Shown here piece after piece: positions 1-6,632 of a DNA stretch of 12,401 nt (position 1 is the stretch's first letter; each line of letters begins with the position of its first letter). A model generated the notes under the pieces. It did not search any database, was not told where the DNA came from, and was given only the letters and a program-made list of their open reading frames with translations. Position numbers and translations under genes: made by a program. Origin of the DNA: Limisphaerales bacterium. GTDB lineage: Bacteria; Verrucomicrobiota; Verrucomicrobiia; Limisphaerales; JAJOIW01. Where the stretch lies: contig CBFHOE010000019.1 in the NCBI GenBank assembly GCA_965657355.1, positions 1-12,401 on the forward strand, in the 5' to 3' direction.

Positions 1-239
1 GCTGTAGAACTTTTAGGCAAGATACCAGACAAAGTTACGTTTGTTGCTTCATTTCCTTGCTTAACTGTTCCTGCGCTGCCTTTAGTCAAAAAATTTACTG
101 GAGACTGATTGCGTGTGTGTTCAATCTGGTAGCTTTGAACAAATAACTCCTGACCGCCTGTGCCTGGGTTTGTGCCGTAGTTGGTCTCTGGAATAATGCT
201 CGTGCGTGTGTTGTAACCTAAAATTTGTTGTCTTGCCAT
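1..239 (-). CDS. Phage major tail tube protein, N-terminal part (truncated by window edge)
   Basis: Not in the ORF track; read by hand from ATG at 239: MARQQILGYNTRTSIIPETNYGTNPGTGGQELFVQSYQIEHTRNQSPVNFLTKGSAGTVKQGNEATNVTLSGILPKSSTA..., open to the edge. The 'E-T-x-Y-G-T-x-P' N-terminal motif is typical of siphophage tail tube proteins. It lies directly after the tail terminator (lambda U-V order), with AGGT 7 nt upstream of the ATG. Confidence 0.75.
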   Translation of the reverse strand, partial: MARQQILGYNTRTSIIPETNYGTNPGTGGQELFVQSYQIEHTRNQSPVNFLTKGSAGTVKQGNEATNVTLSGILPKSST

Positions 240-243
240 TTTA

Positions 244-699
244 TTACCTGGTTAAATCAAATCTAAAATTAGTGAATTGTATGTTAAAATCTATGCTTGC
301 GCCGACTGTTGTAAGGTTTGCAGAATCTGAATTGACTTCTATTTGTTCCAGCTCTGTATTTTGAGCATTGCCACCACGTTTTCTGTCAACGCCCAATGCA
401 GCAACAATGTCTTGAATGTTGTTGTCAATGTCATCTTTGGCGTTTGCGCCTTTTGTGTATGTATCTATTGTGACCGACATTTCCGCAAAGTGCCCGTCCG
501 CTAACCCTAACGCGCCTGGCTCAAAAGTGATTGCGCCTTCTTTTACCGCTGCACCTGACAAGTCATTTTCCACCATTGGCGAAGTCGACAGATTAATCAC
601 GTTGTTTCCTAAGTTTGTCAGATACCCATTTGAAATTGTAATGGTTTCCAACGCGCTCACAACGTCTTCAATGATAAGTCTGCGCTTGCTCGATGCCAT
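244..699 (-). CDS. Tail terminator / tail completion protein (lambda gpU-like)
   Basis: 151 aa, acidic. N-terminus 'SKRRLIIEDVVSALETITISNGYLTNLG' and C-terminal beta strand 'GASIDFNIQF' fit the gpU-like pattern. Located immediately before the tail tube gene. Confidence 0.7.
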   Translation of the reverse strand: MASSKRRLIIEDVVSALETITISNGYLTNLGNNVINLSTSPMVENDLSGAAVKEGAITFEPGALGLADGHFAEMSVTIDTYTKGANAKDDIDNNIQDIVAALGVDRKRGGNAQNTELEQIEVNSDSANLTTVGASIDFNIQFTNFRFDLTR

Positions 700-906
700 T
701 TATTTATTGCTTTTTGGCTTATCTGGCTTGGCCATTTTTAGGCCTAAAACTTCTTCAATGCCTTGCTCTGGCTTTTCGCCATCTTTTAGATTAACGAGCT
801 GCCTGTCGTGCTCCTGCCCGTTCTCATTTAAAATCTGAACAGAATAGACGTTGTTTCCGCGTTGCTCATATTTGCCTATTGATCTGTTGCTGTAATTTGT
901 CTTCAT
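700..906 (-). CDS. Hypothetical protein, 68 aa, Lys/Pro-rich C-terminus
   Basis: Fills the gap exactly: ATGA overlap with the upstream stop (903-906), and its TAA directly abuts the next ATG (699). No family recognised. Confidence 0.7.
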   Translation of the reverse strand: MKTNYSNRSIGKYEQRGNNVYSVQILNENGQEHDRQLVNLKDGEKPEQGIEEVLGLKMAKPDKPKSNK

Positions 907-1484
907 CGAGTATTCTGACTTATTAAAAATTTGACTGTGTATTGATCTTGTTCAACAACTTCTGTGGTATTCCACGTTATGCCGTTTAGTGTAAATGTGT
1001 CTCCGACTGTCCAGCCGGTTGGTAAATCGTCTAGTATAAATGTGGCGGCTTTTGATGTCGTCTGATACTGAGTTGCGCCGTCTCCTAAAATTATTTGTTG
1101 ATCCTCTATAACTGCCCGTAAAGTGTAAATCCCCCACGTTACTTCGTCAGTTAAGAATTCATCTTGAAACATACGTGCCAGTCCGTCATTGAAATTGGTC
1201 TCTGCATTGTATGTATCAACATTGACGCTAGGAACAAGAACGGTATCAGTAAATTTAAAAACAACCGCGCTGCCTAAGCCTTTTAATTTAAAATCTGATA
1301 TATCCAAAGCGCGACCTCTTGCGCCTGATATGGTAAAAAGCGTTTTTGTTAGTGGTATAGCGTGGGCATGTGTTCCAGCATGAAAGCTAACATCGCCAGC
1401 AATTAATTTTAGGCTTATAGCGTTATAGTTGCCTGAGCCTATACTAACAGAGTTACCATTTACATTTAACGCTTCGCTTTCCAA
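903..1484 (-). CDS. Head-closure / head-tail joining protein (gpFII-like C-terminal domain) with an extra N-terminal beta domain
   Basis: The C-terminal ~100 aa (FNDGLARMFQDEFLTDEVTW...TLRAVIE...GDTFTLNGITWNTTEVVEQDQYTVKFLI) match the gpFII-like beta-barrel pattern. Position between head and tail genes. TTG start 1 nt after the previous TGA. Confidence 0.65.
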   Translation of the reverse strand: MESEALNVNGNSVSIGSGNYNAISLKLIAGDVSFHAGTHAHAIPLTKTLFTISGARGRALDISDFKLKGLGSAVVFKFTDTVLVPSVNVDTYNAETNFNDGLARMFQDEFLTDEVTWGIYTLRAVIEDQQIILGDGATQYQTTSKAATFILDDLPTGWTVGDTFTLNGITWNTTEVVEQDQYTVKFLISQNTR

Positions 1485-1485
1485 A

Positions 1486-2004
1486 TCACTTAATCAATTT
1501 ACGTATATCATCGCGAGAGCCAGACAGCTCTTGCTTGCGTTTAATCAAATCTAAATATTCCTGAACTTTTGCTGGCTCCAAATCCTCAATGACTTCTTTG
1601 GCAATCTCGACGCTCTCGACCAAGGCTGTGGAAGCCTTCTCGTTTTTAATGGCTTTGCGCTTGTTAATGGAGTTGCGAATATTGCCGTAAATACCAAGAG
1701 CAACAAGAGCCAATCCAGTGATACCGTCTCCAATTGGGCCAAAATATCCACCAACATTTTTTGCTATACTTTCAACTTGCGGGTTAATTGTGGCCTCTTG
1801 ATATGGCACTTCTTTTACAACTTTTTGCGCTACAAAGTTCGTCGAAATTTGGCCAAGGGAATTAGTAATTGCAAATGGAATCATTTCCACAGTTTCGACT
1901 TTTACCGTTTTAGGTGTCGAATCGAAAACAAGGTCATTGCCTTTCTGCAGTATAGAACATCCAGGCAACATTAAAAATGCAATTATAATTATCCAGGTTT
2001 TCAC
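1486..2004 (-). CDS. Putative lipoprotein with an internal transmembrane helix (spanin-like architecture)
   Basis: MKTWIIIIAFLMLPG-C16: basic N-terminus, hydrophobic core and lipobox-like LPGC. A second hydrophobic segment at aa ~91-109 is followed by basic RNSINKRKAIK. GTGA start/stop overlap at 2001-2004. Confidence 0.7.
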   Translation of the reverse strand: MKTWIIIIAFLMLPGCSILQKGNDLVFDSTPKTVKVETVEMIPFAITNSLGQISTNFVAQKVVKEVPYQEATINPQVESIAKNVGGYFGPIGDGITGLALVALGIYGNIRNSINKRKAIKNEKASTALVESVEIAKEVIEDLEPAKVQEYLDLIKRKQELSGSRDDIRKLIK

Positions 2005-2420
2005 GCTTGTGGTTCTTCTGGTGCCGGTTCGATGATTTCGGCTTCTGGCTGCGCTTGTGCTTCGACCTCTGCTTGTGCTTCGGCTTCGGCTGCTGCTTGT
2101 GCTTCAGCTTCTTTTGCCAGTTCAGCGTCTTTGATTACTTTTAAGCTTTCGTCTGCTTCATCGGCCCATATTTCACCAAATTTAATTTTGTCGATATCTT
2201 TTGCCGCTTGTTTAAAATTGGCAACCTTATCATTGACAGATTTTACTACAGAACGAAAATCTGCCTTTTTGATATCCATATTATGGGCCTCGACGCCATC
2301 AAGCACAATGATTGCGCTGTCGATTGCGGCTGAAAGCTGCTCAAGTTCTGGCACAAACTTGTTGCCAATTTCGTTTTTAATTGCGGCAAGTTGCCCTCTA
2401 AATTTTTCTATTGTGTGCAT
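2001..2420 (-). CDS. Hypothetical alpha-helical/coiled-coil protein with Ala/Glu/Gln/Pro-rich tail
   Basis: 139 aa with amphipathic helical pattern and C-terminal EAQA repeats. Coupled to both neighbours (ATG 4 nt after the upstream TAA; GTGA overlap downstream). Confidence 0.75.
   Translation of the reverse strand: MHTIEKFRGQLAAIKNEIGNKFVPELEQLSAAIDSAIIVLDGVEAHNMDIKKADFRSVVKSVNDKVANFKQAAKDIDKIKFGEIWADEADESLKVIKDAELAKEAEAQAAAEAEAQAEVEAQAQPEAEIIEPAPEEPQA
2053..2105. repeat. Three copies of the 11-mer GCTTGTGCTTC (coding EAQA repeats)
   Basis: Exact copies at 2053-2063, 2071-2081 and 2095-2105. Spacings of 18 and 24 nt keep them in frame within 2001..2420. Confidence 0.85.
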
Positions 2421-2424
2421 ATAA

Positions 2425-4416
2425 TTAAATTACGATTTTAAGATGACCGTTGTTGTCTCTGTAAACTTCTCCTGTAGCTAATCCGGCCGAGCTACTTGGA
2501 ACATTGTCTAAATACAGATTATCAAAAACTCCACGCTTGCGCTCGTTTATTAGAGTGGCCCCTGTGACTGTGCCATCGCCACTGCTTCCGGCTCCGCCTT
2601 CGTTGTACCATTTCCCTGTAGCTGCGGATTCGGGGAGAAGGGCTAGAACTTGGCCAAGGTCAGTAGTTTTTATGTTACGAAACGCTACAGTATCGTTGCC
2701 TGTATCGTTAATTGTGGTCGATGTTCCATCCAACATCAAAATAATTAAGTTTGTGTTTGTTCCGTCAACAATTACTTCTTTTTCTAACTTTGTCCACGCA
2801 TCTTGAGTAACAAAAGTAAACTGATTATTACTACTGATCCCGCCATCTCCGGTTATAAACGTGATTCCGTCAATGTGCGAATTAGTGGATGGAATGTAGA
2901 CTTCCATCTCTACCCTTACTCTTTTACCAGTGGCTGGCACAAGCCCGGATTTATAAATGCCTTTTGAAGCTGCTCCGCTTGATATTGTAAATTCAATATT
3001 ATCTGAATCAGAGCCTATGGTTTGGGTCGCGTCCAGTGTTCCGTCCCCCGTGCCGACTGCCCATCCATCAACTGAATCGGATGTAAAATCACTGGAATAT
3101 CTTACAGTCCCATCCGCCCCAACATCAGCAAAACCAAGCCGCTGGCCCTTGGAAATGTCAATTATTTCTGAGTCCGATAAAACTCTGTTAAATGTTTGTA
3201 CTCGTGAAATTTCACCCTTAAAAAAAGAGCCACCGCCTAATGCCCCAACGTCTACACCGTTAGTTGCTATCGGACTGCTCCCGACATCAAACTGGTTTGA
3301 GTGTGTCGCAGATTTGATGAACTCACCGTTAATAAATATTTTAATGGTTGACGTGCTGCTCTCGTGCGTTACTACTACTACAGCCGGTTCTGCTGGCCAG
3401 TCAACTTCTATCACTGTTGCGCTTGAATCGCCAATTGTTACGTCATATGCGCCATTGTTGTAACGCAAATATCGACGATTATTAAAGCCGCCTGAGCCTA
3501 AACCATATAAGATCCCATAGAATCCTGATTCGTCTAATGGGTTTGTTTCTGCCAGCCAAGTCCAATCGTTTGTGTTTAAAGCTTCCTCGCCTATATTGTC
3601 GATTCTGTCGTTACCATCAAAATAGAATCGTGATTTTAAACCAATTAAATTTTGTGGGACTTCGTTTTCTGAAACGTATTTTTTTGAAATGTTCGACTCA
3701 ATGCGTGTTGCACCGTTTGCTGTGAAATTGCGATTATTGCCACTAACATCAGTCCATCCGCTTTCATTCGTGCTAGTCGGTGCTAATTTTAAGAATAAAT
3801 TATCAGTATCGTTGTGTCCCTTAGCTATGTTTAAGACCTGTGCGGATGTTTTTGCCTCAAGATAATACCGGACTTGGAACATCTTGCCGTCGAAGGTGCT
3901 TGAGTTGTCCATACCCAAGCGTTGCTCGTTAGTATTGCTACTCCCGAAATCTACTGCGCTGTCCCCACTGATGTCTTGAGTTCCCTGGCTTGCCCCATTG
4001 AGATACAAGGTTGCGTTGCCGCTTCTGTCAGCAGATAGAATGATATTTCTATGGTTTACGCTTGGGGTGATTGTCCAAGTATAAGTGTTTGTGCCTCCGA
4101 CATTATCAACAGTAAGCAATATGTATTGCGTTGCTGTTGCGTAAAAGTTCCACCTATTGTTGCCGCTTGATTTCCTGCTGAAATACTCTGTGCCTGTAGG
4201 CGCATCATCCCAAAGCACATCGAACACTAAAGTAAAGTCAGACGTGCCAAAGTCGTCGCTAGGCCCTTCTAGATAATCTCCAGAAGCAAACGCAAAACCG
4301 CCTTGCGAGCCAGACCCAACAAGACTAAGCTCGTCTTCTGTAATTATGTTTTCGTCTGCTAAATCTGCAACGGCCGCGAGATCAGTAGCACTTACTTTAG
4401 GTATTATTTGACTCAT
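2425..4416 (-). CDS. Virion fibre/adhesin-like protein: two LamG (concanavalin A-like) domains plus an inserted carbohydrate-binding-like domain
   Basis: Two LamG cores with hallmark motifs ('DFTLVF...ATLYLNG...RLG...FDGKMFQVRYYLEAKTSAQV' and 'FDGNDRI...IKIFING...VG...FKGEISRVQTFNRVLSDSEI'). A beta-sandwich segment 'YSSDFTSDSVDGW...GKRVRVEMEVYIP...WTK...VAFRNIK' resembles CBM/galactose-binding domains. C-terminal motif 'NVPSSSAGLATGEVYRDNNGHLKIV'. Confidence 0.8.
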   Translation of the reverse strand: MSQIIPKVSATDLAAVADLADENIITEDELSLVGSGSQGGFAFASGDYLEGPSDDFGTSDFTLVFDVLWDDAPTGTEYFSRKSSGNNRWNFYATATQYILLTVDNVGGTNTYTWTITPSVNHRNIILSADRSGNATLYLNGASQGTQDISGDSAVDFGSSNTNEQRLGMDNSSTFDGKMFQVRYYLEAKTSAQVLNIAKGHNDTDNLFLKLAPTSTNESGWTDVSGNNRNFTANGATRIESNISKKYVSENEVPQNLIGLKSRFYFDGNDRIDNIGEEALNTNDWTWLAETNPLDESGFYGILYGLGSGGFNNRRYLRYNNGAYDVTIGDSSATVIEVDWPAEPAVVVVTHESSTSTIKIFINGEFIKSATHSNQFDVGSSPIATNGVDVGALGGGSFFKGEISRVQTFNRVLSDSEIIDISKGQRLGFADVGADGTVRYSSDFTSDSVDGWAVGTGDGTLDATQTIGSDSDNIEFTISSGAASKGIYKSGLVPATGKRVRVEMEVYIPSTNSHIDGITFITGDGGISSNNQFTFVTQDAWTKLEKEVIVDGTNTNLIILMLDGTSTTINDTGNDTVAFRNIKTTDLGQVLALLPESAATGKWYNEGGAGSSGDGTVTGATLINERKRGVFDNLYLDNVPSSSAGLATGEVYRDNNGHLKIVI

Positions 4417-4418
4417 GC

Positions 4419-4724
4419 TTAACTTCCGTATGGTTGATGTCGTTGCCAGATTACAGAAATTCCATCAGAACCATTTGATGTTTTAATATCGTATTGACTA
4501 AAATTTAATTCCTCGCCACCGGCACCATTTAAGATAAATTTGTCCCCTGGTGAAAATGGTATAGGATCGCTTTCACCGTTAACATATACTTCAACCGCGT
4601 TTGTGTTGTCTGTCGCGCTGGTCCCAAAATAAATTATTGCCTCATCAAATTCCAAATCTGAATTTATTTGAGTCTGAGTAGACACGGTTGGTGTCAACTG
4701 GAAGCTACCTACTGTTATTGCCAT
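4419..4724 (-). CDS. Small acidic beta-rich protein, candidate capsid decoration / spike-base protein
   Basis: 101 aa with alternating hydrophobic beta patterns. First gene after the capsid gene and 2 nt from the LamG gene start. Function inferred from position only. Confidence 0.55.
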   Translation of the reverse strand: MAITVGSFQLTPTVSTQTQINSDLEFDEAIIYFGTSATDNTNAVEVYVNGESDPIPFSPGDKFILNGAGGEELNFSQYDIKTSNGSDGISVIWQRHQPYGS

Positions 4725-4729
4725 TTTCT

Positions 4730-4804
4730 AAAAAATAAAATTAAAACTAAAAAAAATATACCAGCGACCCCTTCTGCAAACCTACTAACTAAAGAGGCCG
4801 CTGG
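4730..4804 (-). terminator. Intrinsic (Rho-independent) terminator after the major capsid gene
   Basis: Minus-strand RNA: CCAGCGGCCUCUUU (4804-4791) pairs with GAAGGGGUCGCUGG (4774-4761) over 14 bp including three G-U pairs, which are mismatches on the + strand. 16-nt loop, followed by UAUAUUUUUUUUAGUUUUAAUUUUAUUUUUU. This is the only sizeable intergenic gap in the operon. Confidence 0.8.
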
Positions 4805-4831
4805 TTGTTATGACCAATGTACCCTAGACCG

Positions 4832-6628
4832 TTATGAAGTTATTGCGTCTAGCAAGCGTGAAAAGGCCGCTGGCTGTGTGTATGCTATATCGAACATCAC
4901 AGTGGCGTTGATTCGAATAAGATTTTTACTGGATTGGGTGTAAGGGTCAATTTGTATCTCTGTGGAGCCAAATAGGCCTAGCACCATCATGCTGAAATCC
5001 CCAAAATAAAAATGGGTCAAATTAGTTCCACTGCCTTTTGTGTCGGATGATGGCACGTTGTTTGATATTACTGCTTCGAATCCCGCAATGGTTGACTGAC
5101 CGCCTTCATAACTACCAGCAAACATCGCAGTGCCGGAACTGATTTCAGTTCTTCGAGCTTTTCCAAATCCTGCGCTTGAAGTTAAAAAACGTGAGCTGTC
5201 AAGCCTTGCGTTGGCCGCGCTGCTGTCCTGCGTCATTTTTACTAATTGGCTGTATGAATAAGCGGTTCCGTTTGTGCCAGAAGTAGCTGTATCAGTGACA
5301 CCACTTAATCCCTTTAGACCTTGTGGCTGGCCGCTGCCCCCACTGCCCTCAATAGCCAATGTTTCCATCTTATCGGCAAGTTTAAAATTAAGATCGCGGC
5401 TTATAAAATCATCAGAACCAATTACGTTCGTCGCAAGCAAGGATTTTGAAACATCGACCTGGCCCTGCAAAATTTTTGGGTCCAAAGATTCTTGCCCGAA
5501 GACAGGATCAGCATTACCTGACAGAGTGCCCCCTTCTGTATTAACAGCAACTGTCGAAGATGTTGCAAGTCTGGGAATCTTAACCGATGAAGACAATCCG
5601 CTCAATACTGTTGCCCCGACTCTGTCGAAAAAAGTCTGAGCTCTTAACGCGTCAACTGGTTCTTGGACTTGCGTGTCTTGCATAAAACCACCGAAGGGAG
5701 ATCCGCTAGTTGATGTCGTAAGTGTTCTTTTGTTTGGTATTATTAAAGAATCTTCACTTTGATAAACTCCGCTCTTTTGTCTTATTTCGTCTGAGATTTC
5801 TTTTTCAACACCACCCCAAACGCCATATTGCGCTTTATGTGCTACTGCGCGCGCAAGGCTAAAACCTGCATCTGCATAATCTTTAGCGCGGGAGTCAGTG
5901 ACTGGCTCGGACTGTTTTAGCTGGGCTTGAAGTTCGTCCATCTCGCGCTTGTGCGCTTCGTTTTGTTTTGCGAGCTTTTCTTCAAATTTGCGCTCGATTG
6001 ATTCTGTAATGATCTCAATTTTAACCGGATCATTAACAGAGCGGGAAGCGTCTACCTCAACAGTTTTATTTACTGCTGTGCTTTCTGATTTTGTATTTTC
6101 CATAGTTGTATTTTCTAGCTTGGTTTCCTGTTTGTTTTGGATTGCTCTACCAACACCGACGCTCTGGTCCGCAGGCACCGCGACAATAGAGATTTCCATA
6201 GGTTGCCAAGAACTAACAACTTCAGTTACCACACGTTCGTCATCTGATTCTTTGCGATGACTATCATTGACGACGTATCCGACCGAAACCAATTGCCGAA
6301 TGCCATCAATGACGTCATTAAAAATTTCTTCGCCTAAATTTGAACGGCTAAACCTGACAAGTGCTCTGCCCTTATCGTCATCAATGTAGGCTTTCTCCAC
6401 GACACCAATTTGTCTTTGCGTGTCGTGATTTAAAAGTAGTGGGGCATTATCGTTTAACCTGGATAAATCAACGCTGTCTTCATCGTGCATCAAGACTTGA
6501 TCGTATTGCCCCATACGCACTGGCTCATTAGAGCTGAAGCTCAATTCGACTGTGCGCTTATCTTTGTCGATAACCGAGCCTTGCAGTTTAAAAGATCGGG
6601 TGATCTTATCCATTACATCCAAATTCAT
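4832..6628 (-). CDS. Prohead protease (HK97/S78 type) - scaffold-like linker - major capsid protein (HK97 fold) fusion
   Basis: N-terminal 'VELSFSS...PLLLNHD...QIGVV...VSVGY...WQPMEISIVAVPADQSVGVGR' carries the HK97-family protease His/Ser motifs. A coiled-coil linker leads to the capsid part, with 'VKIPR', 'GSGGSGQPQGL' and 'FYFGDFS...IQIDPYT...QPAAF'. The ORF is open from TTG 6655; ATG 6628 is preferred (GGAG 9 nt upstream, 4 nt after the portal stop), with ATG 6643 as an alternative. Confidence 0.92.
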   Translation of the reverse strand: MNLDVMDKITRSFKLQGSVIDKDKRTVELSFSSNEPVRMGQYDQVLMHDEDSVDLSRLNDNAPLLLNHDTQRQIGVVEKAYIDDDKGRALVRFSRSNLGEEIFNDVIDGIRQLVSVGYVVNDSHRKESDDERVVTEVVSSWQPMEISIVAVPADQSVGVGRAIQNKQETKLENTTMENTKSESTAVNKTVEVDASRSVNDPVKIEIITESIERKFEEKLAKQNEAHKREMDELQAQLKQSEPVTDSRAKDYADAGFSLARAVAHKAQYGVWGGVEKEISDEIRQKSGVYQSEDSLIIPNKRTLTTSTSGSPFGGFMQDTQVQEPVDALRAQTFFDRVGATVLSGLSSSVKIPRLATSSTVAVNTEGGTLSGNADPVFGQESLDPKILQGQVDVSKSLLATNVIGSDDFISRDLNFKLADKMETLAIEGSGGSGQPQGLKGLSGVTDTATSGTNGTAYSYSQLVKMTQDSSAANARLDSSRFLTSSAGFGKARRTEISSGTAMFAGSYEGGQSTIAGFEAVISNNVPSSDTKGSGTNLTHFYFGDFSMMVLGLFGSTEIQIDPYTQSSKNLIRINATVMFDIAYTQPAAFSRLLDAITS

Positions 6629-6632
6629 ATTT

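Noticed and set aside
952..1137. Alternative-frame minus-strand ORF, 61 aa, Arg-rich
   Set aside because: Nested in the gpFII-like domain with no motif or initiation signal; composition is expected of an off-frame read.
2425..4416. Diversity-generating retroelement target in the fibre gene
   Set aside because: No template/variable repeat pair or reverse transcriptase is seen in the window, and the C-terminus is not C-type-lectin-like.
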